Of a stretch of 64,000 nucleotides of DNA, positions 1-12,883 are shown in pieces. The notes beneath the pieces were generated by a model. It saw nothing but the letters and a program-made list of their open reading frames with translations. It did not search any database and was not told where the DNA came from. Source of the stretch: Nemertoderma westbladi (Eukaryota > Animalia > Xenacoelomorpha); contig JAUCBJ010000373.1 of the NCBI GenBank assembly GCA_032718475.1, positions 1-64,000 of the forward strand, given 5' to 3'. Every line of letters begins with the position of its first letter. Within the stretch, counting starts at the first letter, position 1. A program made the position numbers and the translations under genes.

Positions 1-999
1 GACTCCCACTCCAGGGTGTAATCGGAACCACCGAACCGGTTATTGTTTGAATGACTTTATAGACTCCCACTCCAGGGTGTAATCGGAACCACCGAACCGG
101 TTATTGTTTGAATGACTTTATAGACTCCCACTCCAGGGTGTAATCGGAACCACCGAACCGGTTATTGTTTGAATGACATTATAGACTCCCACTCCAGGGT
201 GTAATCGGAACCACCGAACCGGTTATTGTTTGAATGACTTTATAGACTCCCACTCCAGGGTGTAATCGGAACCACCGAACTGGTTATTGTTTGAATGACA
301 TTATAGACTCCCACTCCAGGGTGTAATCGGAACCACCGAACCGGTTATTGTTTGAATGACTTTATAGACTCCCACTCCAGGGTGTAATCGGAACCACCGA
401 ACCGGTTATTGTTTGAATGACTTTATAGACTCCCACTCCAGGGTGTAATCGGAACCACCGAACTGGTTATTGTTTGAATGACTTTATAGACTCCCACTCC
501 AGGGTGTGATCGGGACCACCGAACCGGTTATTGTTTGAATGACTTTATAGACTCCCACTCCAGGGTGTGATCGGAACCACCGAACCGGTTATTGTTTGAA
601 TGACTTTATAGACTCCCACTCCAGGGTGTAATCGGAACCACCGAACCGGTTATTGTTTGAATGACTTTATAGACTCCCACTCCAGGGTGTGATCGGAACC
701 ACCGAACCGGTTATTGTTTGAATGACTTTATAGACTCCCACTCCAGGGTGTAATCGGAACCACCGAACCGGTTATTGTTTGAATGACTTTATAGACTCCC
801 ACTCCAGGGTGTGATCGGAACCACCGAACCGGTTATTGTTTGAATGACTTTATAGACTCCCACTCCAGGGTGTAATCGGAACCACCGAACCGGTTATTGT
901 TTGAATGACTTTATAGACTCCCACTCCAGGGTGTAATCGGAACCACCGAACCGGTTATTGTTTGAATGACTTTATAGACTCCCACTCCAGGGTGTAATC
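1..999. repeat. 61-bp tandem satellite (~16 copies, runs off window start)
   Basis: Unit GACTCCCACTCCAGGGTGTAATCGGAACCACCGAACCGGTTATTGTTTGAATGACTTTATA recurs at 1, 62, 123 ... 611; near-identical copies. Confidence 0.97.
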
Positions 1000-1275
1000 T
1001 ATTAGATTAAAGGGTGGAGCCTTTCTATTAGTTGGCAACTACCATTTATTGTAACGGAGGTAGAGGATGTATTGTCGTTAATATTTTTTAACCTTTTAAC
1101 TTTTATTCAACTATCTTCAGTCTTTTAAGTCTAATATACTAGTAAAATAATTTCAACATTAGTTAACTCCACTATTTACAGGTCATTATTATAATATTAG
1201 CACGTCATAATATTGAGTCATTTGGAATTCGATGGATTCTACTAGGCAAGAACTGATGTTAATTGTTATATTCTG

Positions 1276-1453
1276 AGTGTGCTGATTGCTTTTCAGTGTG
1301 CTGATTGCTTTTCAGTGTGCTGATTGCTTTTCAGTGTGCTGATTGCTTTTCAGTGTGCTGATTGCTTTTCAGTGTGCTGAATGCTTTTTAGTGTGCTGAA
1401 TGCTTTTCAGTGTGCTGATTGCTTTTCAGTGTGCTGATTGCTTTTCAGTGTGC
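1276..1453. repeat. 19-bp minisatellite (~9 copies)
   Basis: Unit AGTGTGCTGATTGCTTTTC. Confidence 0.95.
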
Positions 1454-1778
1454 TTATTTCTTTTGATTATTTTAGTATAATATATGCTTATAGTTGTTTG
1501 TTCTAATTAAGTACAAAAACGGTAACATTAGCATTTATTCAGTTTTCGCTTTGTAACATTAAAATATTGAAATTAAACTTCATACATACTTGCAAAGTAT
1601 TTTATAGTGTTATGATTTATATCTGCCTTTTATTGGCGTTATTAATTGATCAAGGTCAAGGGGTTTTAGTGTTACAATTAAGGATGTCTTATGTTGGCTC
1701 TTACGTGTTACTGTCTCCCAACAGTTGAGGATAAAGATAAACATTGTTTATTGAAACGTCTGCAATACACTATGACAC

Positions 1779-2879
1779 TACTACTAGGATCGGCATGCTG
1801 CATTGCAGCTGCATTTTTAAGAATGATATGCCGGCTTGTCGACAAAATTGCGCCGCCACAACTCCTTATCACCCATGACATTTGCTAGATCATCCGCATC
1901 TTCAAGGCCAGTGTCCTTTAAGATGCGTCTCAAGAAAGTCATGGGCTGTCCACCATGCTTATTCACTCCATGAGGCTGCCAAAGTACAAGATTATGCACT
2001 GGCTGGTCCTCACGGCGAAAGCAATGTCCTGCAAAGCGGAGGCGATTTTGTTCTAGTGTCAAGCTTGGGGGAACCAATGAGACACCTCCAATGTTATATA
2101 GTGTCTGGTTGGAGATGTGTGCATTGTACTTGACACAATGAACCCGGCGTAGCATTCTTGTGAATGTGCCATCCAGAGATTTGGTGTCCTCAGCAGTTAG
2201 AGCCCAGCATGGACTCCCATAGAGGAGTACTGGAACTACTGCTGCTCTAAATAATCGGATCTTAAGTTTCCGATTAATTCTCGGTGACTTCCAAATCCTG
2301 GAAAGCCTATTCAAGGCTGTCCATGCCTTTCCCTTACGTATTTGAAGGTCCTCACCTGACTTCCGGATCCATGACCCCAGGTAACAGAAGTCGTCCACAT
2401 GCTCAAGCATACCATCCTCTAAGCTTATGCTCATCCGATCAGAGACTTGCTGAGGACTTTCAAAGTTAACTGTCAAAATTTTGGTCTTTCTGGAGTTAAT
2501 AAAAAGACCAACACTAGAAGCAGCATGTTCTAATGAGCTGAGGAGCCGTTGGGCTCCCTCTAATGATTCTGAGAGTACTCCTAAGTCATCAGCAAAGTCT
2601 AGATCAGTTAGGTACTTGGCAGGATTTCCTCGACTTCTGGAGCCAGTAGGTGGAGTTATCATCACCCCATCATCATTATGATGATCTAAGGACATGCGTA
2701 GAACATAGTCAACCACAATTATGAACAAGAATGGTGCAAGTGTTTCTCCTGGAGGACGCCCCATAACACTTCGAATGGTTCTGTGTCACCGTCAACAGTA
2801 GACACAAATGTTGTCGAACCATCGTATACTGATCTGATTGCTGCAATAATTTCATCAGGAATCCCATATAATGAAAGTA
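1779..2879 (-). mobile_element. 5'-truncated RTE-type non-LTR retrotransposon (RT C-terminal half), copy 1
   Basis: ORF 1817..2764 has LAPFLFIIVVD, LDFADDL, FCYLGS and RLRFAGHCFR motifs. Short 3'UTR ends in a (TAG)n tail. A 1-bp deletion relative to copy 2 breaks the GVLQGD motif. Candidate 11-bp TSD CACTAT(G/A)ACAC at 1768-1778 and 2891-2901. Confidence 0.92.
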
Positions 2880-2940
2880 CTACTATAAACCACTATAACA
2901 CCTTTTGTGGCTGAAAGTCCTTACACCATTGTTTTTTCTA

Positions 2941-5900
2941 AGGATGTCCTAGCTATATAATGATCAATATTTATGTTGGCTCTTACGTGTTTCTGTCTCC
3001 CAACAGTATTGGATGACCTAGCTATATAATGATCAATGTTTATGTTGGCTCTTACGTGTTACTGTCTCCCAACAGTTAAGGATGACCTAGCTATATAATG
3101 ATCAATGTTTATGTTGGCTCTTACGTGTTACTGTCTCCCAACAGTATTGGATGACCTAGCTATATAATGATCAATGTTTATGTTGGCTCTTACGTGTTAC
3201 TGTCTCCCAACAGTTAAGGATGACCTAGCTATATAATGATCAATGTTTATGTTGGCTCTTACGTGTTACTGTCTCCCAACAGTATTGGATGACCTAGCTA
3301 TATAATGATCAATGTTTATGTTGGCTCTTACGTGTTACTGTCTCCCAACAGTTAAGGATGACCTAGCTATATAATGATCAATGTTTATGTTGGCTCTTAC
3401 GTGTTACTGTCTCCCAACAGTATTGGATGACCTAGCTATATAATGATCAATGTTTATGTTGGCTCTTACGTGTTACTGTCTCCCAACAGTTAAGGATGAC
3501 CTAGCTATATAATGATCAATGTTTATGTTGGCTCTTACGTGTTACTGTCTCCCAACAGTATTGGATGACCTAGCTATATAATGATCAATGTTTATGTTGG
3601 CTCTTACGTGTTACTGTCTCCCAACAGTTAAGGATGACCTAGCTATATAATGATCAATGTTTATGTTGGCTCTTACGTGTTTCTGTCTCCCAACAGTATT
3701 GGATGACCTAGCTATATAATGATCAATGTTTATGTTGGCTCTTACGTGTTACTGTCTCCCAACAGTTAAGGATGACCAGCTATATAATGATCAATGTTTA
3801 TGTTGGCTCTTACGTGTTACTGTCTCCCAACAGTTAAGGATGACCTAGCTATATAATGATCAATGTTTATGTTGGCTCTTACGTGTTACTGTCTCCCAAC
3901 ACTTAAGGATGACCTAGCTATATAATGATCAATGTTTATGTTGGCTCTTACGTGTTACTGTCTCCCAACAGTTAAGGATGACCTAGCTATATAATGATCA
4001 ATGTTTATGTTGGCTCTTACGTGTTACTGTCTCCCAACAGTATTGGATGACCTAGCTATATAATGATCAATGTTTATGTTGGCTCTTACGTGTTACTGTC
4101 TCCCAACAGTATTGGATGACCTAGCTATATAATGATCAATGTTTATGTTGGCTCTTACGTGTTACTGTCTCCCAACAGTTAAGGATGACCTAGCTATATA
4201 ATGATCAATGTTTATGTTGGCTCTTACGTGTTACTGTCTCCCAACAGTTAAGGATGACCTAGCTATATAATGATCAATGTTTATGTTGGCTCTTACGTGT
4301 TACTGTCTCCCAACAGTTAAGGATGACCTAGCTATATAATGATCAATGTTTATGTTGGCTCTTACGTGTTACTGTCTCCCAACAGTTAAGGATGACCTAG
4401 CTATATAATGATCAATATTTATGTTGGCTCTTACGTGTTACTGTCTCCCAACAGTTAAGGATGACCTAGCTATATAATGATCAATGCTTATGTTGGCTCT
4501 TACGTGTTACTGTCTCCCAACAGTTAAGGATGACCTAGCTATATAATGATCAATGTTTATGTTGGCTCTTACGTGTTACTGTCTCCCAACAGTATTGGAT
4601 GACCTAGCTATATAATGATCAATGTTTATGTTGGCTCTTACGTGTTACTGTCTCCCAACAGTATTGGATGACCTAGCTATATAATGATCAATGTTTATGT
4701 TGGCTCTTACGTGTTACTGTCTCCCAACAGTTAAGGATGACCTAGCTATATAATGATCAATGTTTATGTTGGCTCTTACGTGTTACTGTCTCCCAACAGT
4801 ATTGGATGACCTAGCTATATAATGATCAATGTTTATGTTGGCTCTTACGTGTTACTGTCTTCCAACAGTTAAGGATGACCTAGCTATATAATGATCAATG
4901 TTTATGTTGGCTCTTACGTGTTACTGTCTCCCAACAGTATTGGATGACCTAGCTATATAATGATCAATGTTTATGTTGGCTCTTACGTGTTACTGTCTTC
5001 CAACAGTTAAGGATGACCTAGCTATATAATGATCAATGTTTATGTTGGCTCTTACGTGTTGCTGTCTCCCAACAGTATTGGATGACCTAGCTATATAATG
5101 ATCAATGTTTATGTTGGCTCTTACGTGTTACTGTCTCCCAACAGTATTGGATGACCTAGCTATATAATGATCAATGTTTATGTTGGCTCTTACGTGTTAC
5201 TGTCTTCCAACAGTTAAGGATGACCTAGCTATATAATGATCAATGTTTATGTTGGCTCTTACGTGTTACTGTCTCCCATCAGTTAAGGATGACCTAGCTA
5301 TATAATGATCAATGTTTATGTTGGCTCTTACGTGTTACTGTCTCCCAACAGTATTGGATGGCCTAGCTATATAATGATCAATGTTTATGTTGGCTCTTAC
5401 GTGTTACTGTCTCCCAACAGTATTGGATGACCTAGCTATATAATGATCAATGTTTATGTTGGCTCTTACGTGTTACTGTCTCCCAACAGTATTGGATGAC
5501 CTAGCTATATAATGATCAATGTTTATGTTGGCTCTTACGTGTTACTGTCTCCCAACAGTATTGGATGACCTAGCTATATAATGATCAATGTTTATGTTGG
5601 CTCTTACGTGTTACTGTCTCCCAACAGTTAAGGATGACCTAGCTATATAATGATCAATGTTTATGTTGGCTCTTACGTGTTACTGTCTCCCAACAGTTAA
5701 GGATGACCTAGCTATAATGATCAATGTTTATGTTGGCTCTTACGTGTTACTGTCTCCCAACAGTATTGGATGACCTAGCTATATAATGATCAATGTTTAT
5801 GTTGGCTCTTACGTGTTACTGTCTCCCAACAGTATTGGATGACCTAGCTATAATGATCAATGTTTATGTTGGCTCTTACGTGTTACTGTCTCCCAACAGT

Positions 5901-8900
5901 TAAGGATGACCTAGCTATATAATGATCAATGTTTATGTTGGCTCTTACGTGTTACTGTCTCCCAACAGTATTGGATGACCTAGCTATATAATGATCAATG
6001 TTTATGTTGGCTCTTACGTGTTACTGTCTCCCAACAGTATTGGATGACCTAGCTATATAATGATCAATGTTTATGTTGGCTCTTACGTGTTACTGTCTCC
6101 CAACAGTATTGGATGACCTAGCTATATAATGATCAATGTTTATGTTGGCTCTTACGTGTTACTGTCTCCCAACAGTATTGGATGACCTAGCTATATAATG
6201 ATCAATGTTTATGTTGGCTCTTACGTGTTACTGTCTCCCAACAGTATTGGATGACCTAGCTATATAATGATCAATGTTTATGTTGGCTCTTACGTGTTAC
6301 TGTCTCCCAACAGTATTGGATGACCTAGCTATATAATGATCAATGTTTATGTTGGCTCTTACGTGTTACTGTCTCCCAACAGTTAAGGATGACCTAGCTA
6401 TATAATGATCAATGTTTATGTTGGCTCTTACGTGTTACTGTCTCCCAACAGTTAAGGATGACCTAGCTATATAATGATCAATGTTTATGTTGGCTCTTAC
6501 GTGTTACTGTCTCCCAACAGTATTGGATGACCTAGCTATATAATGATCAATGTTTATGTTGGCTCTTACGTGTTACTGTCTCCCAACAGTATTGGATGAC
6601 CTAGCTATATAATGATCAATGTTTATGTTGGCTCTAACGTGTTACTGTCTCCCAACAGTTAAGGATGACCTAGCTATATAATGATCAATGCTTATGTTGG
6701 CTCTTACGTGTTACTGTCTCCCAACAGTATTGGATGACCTAGCTATATAATGATCAATGTTTATGTTGGCTCTAACGTGTTACTGTCTCCCAACAGTTAA
6801 GGATGACCTAGCTATATAATGATCAATGTTTATGTTGGCTCTTACGTGTTACTGTCTCCCAACAGTATTGGATGACCTAGCTATATAATGATCAATGTTT
6901 ATGTTGGCTCTAACGTGTTACTGTCTCCCAACAGTTAAGGATGACCTAGCTATATAATGATCAATGTTTATGTTGGCTCTTACGTGTTACTGTCTCCCAA
7001 CAGTATTGGATGACCTAGCTATATAATGATCAATGTTTATGTTGGCTCTTACGTGTTACTGTCTCCCAACAGTTAAGGATGACCTAGCTATATAATGATC
7101 AATGTTTATGTTGGCTCTTACGTGTTACTGTCTGTCTCCCAACAGTATTGGATGACCTAGCTATAATGATCAATGTTTATGTTGGCTCTTACGTGTTACT
7201 GTCTGTCTCCCAACAGTATTGGATGACCTAGCTATAATGATCAATGTTTATGTTGGCTCTTACGTGTTACTGTCTCCCAACAGTATTGGATGACCTAGCT
7301 ATATAATGATCAATGTTTATGTTGGCTCTTACGTGTTACTGTCTCCCAACAGTATTGGATGACCTAGCTATATAATGATCAATGTTTATGTTGGCTCTTA
7401 CGTGTTACTGTCTCCCAACAGTTAAGGATGACCTAGCTATATAATGATCAATGTTTATGTTGGCTCTTACGTGTTACTGTCTACCAACAGTATTGGATGA
7501 CCTAGCTATATAATGATCAATGTTTATGTTGGCTCTTACGTGTTACTGTCTCCCAACAGTATTGGATGACCTAGCTATATAATGATCAATGTTTATGTTG
7601 GCTCTTACGTGTTACTGTCTCCCAACAGTATTGGATGACCTAGCTATATAATGATCAATGTTTATGTTGGCTCTTACGTGTTATTGTCTCCCAACAGTAT
7701 TGGATGACCTAGCTATATAATGATCAATGTTTATGTTGGCTCTTACGTGTTACTGTCTCCCAACAGTATTGGATGACCTAGCTATATAATGATCAATGTT
7801 TATGTTGGCTCTTACGTGTTACTGTCTCCCAACAGTTAAGGATGACCTAGCTATATAATGATCAATGTTTATGTTGGCTCTTACGTGTTGCTGTCTCCCA
7901 ACAGTATTGGATGACCTAGCTATATAATGATCAATGTTTATGTTGGCTCTTACGTGTTACTGTCTCCCAACAGTTAAGGATGACCTAGCTATATAATGAT
8001 CAATGTTTATGTTGGCTCTTACGTGTTACTGTCTCCCAACAGTATTGGATGACCTAGCTATAATGATCAATGTTTATGTTGGCTCTTACGTGTTACTGTC
8101 TCCCAACAGTTAAGGATGACCAGCTATATAATGATCAATGTTTATGTTGGCTCTTACGTGTTACTGTCTCCCAACAGTATTGGATGACCTAGCTATATAA
8201 TGATCAATGTTTATGTTGGCTCTTACGTGTTACTGTCTCCCAACAGTTAAGGATGACCTAGCTATATAATGATCAATGTTTATGTTGGCTCTTACGTGTT
8301 GCTGTCTCCCAACAGTATTGGATGACCTAGCTATATAATGATCAATGTTTATGTTGGCTCTTACGTGTTACTGTCTCCCAACAGTTAAGGATGACCTAGC
8401 TATATAATGATCAATGTTTATGTTGGCTCTTACGTGTTACTGTCTCCCAACAGTATTGGATGACCTAGCTATATAATGATCAATGTTTATGTTGGCTCTT
8501 ACGTGTTACTGTCTCCCAACAGTATTGGATGACCTAGCTATATAATGATCAATGTTTATGTTGGCTCTTACGTGTTACTGTCTCCCAACAGTATTGGATG
8601 ACCTAGCTATATAATGATCAATGTTTATGTTGGCTCTTACGTGTTTCTGTCTCCCAACAGTATTGGATGACCTAGCTATATAATGATCAATGTTTATGTT
8701 GGCTCTTACGTGTTACTGTCTCCCAACAGTATTGGATGACCTAGCTATATAATGATCAATGTTTATGTTGGCTCTTACGTGTTACTGTCTCCCAACAGTT
8801 AAGGATGACCTAGCTATATAATGATCAATGTTTATGTTGGCTCTTACGTGTTACTGTCTCCCAACAGTTAAGGATGACCTAGCTATATAATGATCAATGT

Positions 8901-10427
8901 TTATGTTGGCTCTTACGTGTTACTGTCTCCCAACAGTTAAGGATGACCTAGCTATATAATGATCAATGTTTATGTTGGCTCTTACGTGTTACTGTCTCCC
9001 AACAGTATTGGATGACCTAGCTATATAATGATCAATGTTTATGTTGGCTCTTACGTGTTACTGTCTCCCAACAGTTAAGGATGACCTAGCTATATAATGA
9101 TCAATGTTTATGTTGGCTCTTACGTGTTACTGTCTCCCAACAGTTAAGGATGACCTAGCTATATAATGATCAATGTTTATGTTGGCTCTTACGTGTTACT
9201 GTCTCCCAACAGTATTGGATGACCTAGCTATATAATGATCAATGTTTATGTTGGCTCTTACGTGTTACTGTCTCCCAACAGTATTGGATGACCTAGCTAT
9301 ATAATGATCAATGTTTATGTTGGCTCTTACGTGTTACTGTCTCCCAACAGTTAAGGATGACCTAGCTATATAATGATCAATGTTTATGTTGGCTCTTACG
9401 TGTTACTGTCTCCCAACAGTATTGGATGACCTAGCTATATAATGATCAATGTTTATGTTGGCTCTTACGTGTTACTGTCTCCCAACAGTTAAGGATGACC
9501 TAGCTATATAATGATCAATGTTTATGTTGGCTCTTACGTGTTGCTGTCTCCCAACAGTTAAGGATGACCTAGCTATATAATGATCAATGTTTATGTTGGC
9601 TCTTACGTGTTACTGTCTCCCAACAGTATTGGATGACCTAGCTATATAATGATCAATGTTTATGTTGGCTCTTACGTGTTACTGTCTCCCAACAGTATTG
9701 GATGACCTAGCTATATAATGATCAATGTTTATGTTGGCTCTTACGTGTTACTGTCTCCCAACAGTTAAGGATGACCTAGCTATATAATGATCAATGTTTA
9801 TGTTGGCTCTTACGTGTTACTGTCTCCCAACAGTATTGGATGACCTAGCTATATAATGATCAATGTTTATGTTGGCTCTTACGTGTTGCTGTCTCCCAAC
9901 AGTATTGGATGACCTAGCTATATAATGATCAATGTTTATGTTGGCTCTTACGTGTTACTGTCTCCCAACAGTATTGGATGACCTAGCTATATAATGATCA
10001 ATGTTTATGTTGGCTCTTACGTGTTACTGTCTCCCAACAGTTAAGGATGACCTAGCTATATAATGATCAATGTTTATGTTGGCTCTTACGTGTTACTGTC
10101 TCCCAACAGTATTGGATGACCTAGCTATATAATGATCAATGTTTATGTTGGCTCTTACGTGTTACTGTCTCCCAACAGTATTGGATGACCTAGCTATATA
10201 ATGATCAATGCTTATGTTGGCTCTTACGTGTTACTGTCTCCCAACAGTATTGGATGACCTAGCTGTATAATGATCAATGTTTATGTTGGCTCTTACGTGT
10301 TACTGTCTCCCAACAGTATTGGATGGCCTAGCTATATAATGATCAATGCTTATGTTGGCTCTTACGTGTTACTGTCTCCCAACAGTTACGGATGACCAGC
10401 TATATAATGATCAATGCTTATGTTGGC
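2941..10427. repeat. 69-bp tandem satellite (~108 copies) with two main variants
   Basis: Unit GGATGACCTAGCTATATAATGATCAATGTTTATGTTGGCTCTTACGTGTTACTGTCTCCCAACAG plus TATT or TTAA; period 69 (3011 to 3080). Confidence 0.98.
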
Positions 10428-10639
10428 AATAATGCAGAATGTTATTTATTTACTGTTGTATTTATTTATCATATAATTATTTTATTTAGTGTTTTGTTAC
10501 TATAAGTGCTAAACTATCTGTAAATTAAAACTTTGGTTGAAATGGGGGAATTATATGCTTTTTAAACTGCTTCATCACCGAGCGGGGAGGGGGGTCTTCA
10601 AGTTATCTTTACCGGAACCAAAGTAATTTAGGATGCAGA

Positions 10640-12825
10640 ATGGAAGGGTTTACTGTTGAAGATCACCCATGGTGGTGAACAGGTATTCCTTTAGGAAACC
10701 GTGTGGAAGGATTTACTGTGGAAGAAAGATCACCCATGGTGGTGAACAGGTATTCCTTTTGGAAACAGAGTGGAAAGGTTTACTGTGGAAGAAAGATCAC
10801 CCATGGTGGTGAACAGGTATTCCTTTAAGAAACAGAGTGGAAGGGTTTACTGTGGAAGATCACCCAAGGTGGTGAACAGTAATGGAATTCCTTAAGGAAA
10901 CAGAGTGAATGGGTTTAATGTGGAAGATCACCAATTATGGATCACCCATGAGTGGAAGGGTTTATTGTGGAAGATCACCCGTGGTGGTGAACTAAGCATT
11001 CCTTTGGGAATCAGAGTAGGTGGGTTTACTGTGGAAGATCTCACATGGTGGCGAACTGGAATTCCTTTGGAAAAACAGAGTGGAAGGGTTTACTGTGGAA
11101 GATCACCCTTATGGTGGTGAACAGGCATTCCTTTAGGAAACAGAGTGGAAGGGTTTAATGTAGAAGATCACCCATGGTGGTGGTGAACAGGTATTCCTTT
11201 AAGAAACAGAGTGGAAGGGTTTACTGTGGAAGATCACCCAAGGTGGTGAAGAGTAATGGAATTCCTTAAGGAAACAGAGTGAATGGGTTTAATGTGGAAG
11301 ATCACCAATTATGGATCACCCATGAGTGGAAGGGTTTATTGTGGAAGATCACCCGTGGTGGTGAACTAAGCATTCCGTTGGGAATCAGAGTGGGTGGGTT
11401 TACTGTGGAAGATCTCACATGGTGGTGAACAGGCATTCCTTTAGGAAACAGAGTGGACGGGTTTACTGTGGAAGATCACCCTTATGGTGGTGAACAGGCA
11501 TTCCTTTAGGAAACAGAGTGGAAGGGTTTAATGTAGAAGATCACCCATGGTGGTGAACAGACATTCCTTTAGGAAACAGAGTGGTATGGTTTACTGTGGA
11601 AGATCACCCATGGTGGTGAACAGGCATTCGTTTAGGAAACAGAGTGGAAGGGTTTACTGTGGAAGATCACCCATGGTGGTGAACAGGCATTCATTTAGGA
11701 AATAGAGTAGAAGAGTTTACTGTGGAAGATCACCCATGGTGGTGAACAGACATTCCTTTGGGAAACAGAGTGCAAGGGTTTACTATGGAAGATCACCCAT
11801 GGTGGTGAACAGGCATTCCTTTAGGAAACAGATTGGAAGGGTTTACTGTGGAAGATCACCCATGGTAGCTGAACAGGCATTCCTTTAGGAAACAGAGTGG
11901 AAGGGTTTAATGTGGAAGATCAACCCATGGTTGTGAACAGGCATTCCTTTGGGAAACAGAGTGCAAGGGTTTCTATGGAAGATCACCCATGGTGGTGAAC
12001 AGGCATTCCTTTAGGAAACAGTTTGGAAGGGTTTACTGTGGAAGATCACCCATGGTAGCTGAACAGGCATTCCTTTAGGAAACAGAGTGGAAGGGTTTAA
12101 TGTGGAAGATCACCCATGGTGGTGAACAGACATTCCTTTGGGAAACAGAGTGCAAGGGTTTACTGTGGAAGATCACCCATGGTGGTGAACAGGCATTCCT
12201 TTAGGAAACAGAGTGGAAGGGTTTACTGTGGAAGATCACCCATGGTAGCTGAACAGGCATTCCTTTAGGAAACAGAGTGGAAGGGTTTAATGTGGAAGAT
12301 CAACCCATGGTTGTGAACAGGCATTCGTTTAGCAAACAGAGTGGAAGGGTTTACTGTAGAAAATCACCTATGGTGGTGAACAGGCATTCCTTTAGGAAAC
12401 AGAGTAGAAGAGTTTACTGTGGAAGATCACCCATGGTGGTAAACAGACATTCCTTTGGGAAACAGAGTGCAAGGGTTTACTATGGAAGATCACCCATGGT
12501 GGTGAACAGGCATTCCTTTAGGAAACAGATTGGAAGGGTTTACTGTGGAAGATCACCCATGGTAGCTGAACAGGCATTCCTTTAGGAAACAGAGTGGAAG
12601 GATTTACTGTGGAAGATCACCCATGGTTGTGAACAGGCATTCGTTTAGGAAACAGAGTGGAAGGGTTTACTGTGGAAGATCGCGCATGGTGGTGAACAGG
12701 CATTCCTTTAGGAAACAGAGTAGAAGAGTTTACTGTGGAAGATCACCCATGGTGGTGAACAGACATTCCTTTAGGAAACAGAGTGGAAGGGTTTACTGTG
12801 GAAGATTACCAATGGTGGCTGAACT
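10640..12825. repeat. 63-bp diverged tandem repeat (~35 copies)
   Basis: Unit GGAAACAGAGTGGAAGGGTTTACTGTGGAAGATCACCCATGGTGGTGAACAGGCATTCCTTTA; 21-aa periodicity in the spurious ORFs. Confidence 0.95.
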
Positions 12826-12883
12826 GGTTAGCGCTACAACTGATGAGACCTGTTAGGCTGAAACGTACGTATAGCGCTGGTTC
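12821..12883 (+). ncRNA. Degenerate minimal type I hammerhead ribozyme motif (Penelope-like element type)
   Basis: AGCGCTA-caa-CTGATGA-gacctgttaggct-GAAA-CGTACGT-A-TAGCGCT. Core boxes are in the correct order and stem III is palindromic (ACGTACGT). Stem I (AGCGCTA/TAGCGCT) is offset by 3 nt and stem II is imperfect. Confidence 0.6.

Larger units (their letters stand above)
978..2960 (+). pseudogene. Putative 3' exons of a decayed spliced gene, possibly a USP-like cysteine protease C-terminus, interrupted by an RTE
   Basis: Candidate exons: 978-1059 (tttatag|...|gtagag), 1182-1245 (tttacag|...|gcaag), and 1725-1778 plus 2902-2960 (cccaacag|). One joined frame reads FY*LATTIYCNG|GHYYNI..., reminiscent of a USP His box, but has stops and frameshifts. 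The last exon reads (V)EDKDKHCLLKRLQYTMT-PFVAESPYTIVFSKDVLAI* continuously once the RTE and one TSD copy are removed. The family call is inference. Confidence 0.4.

Noticed and set aside
978-1220. Alternative genetic code (TAA/TAG = Gln), suggested by a protein-like frame with stops
   Set aside because: The intact stomatin, caveolin, RNF212 and UCHL5 genes end at TAA/TAG and use CAA/CAG for Gln; pseudogene decay is simpler.
2941-10427. CRISPR-like regular repeats
   Set aside because: No unique spacers (only two 4-nt variants), no cas genes, and a eukaryotic context.
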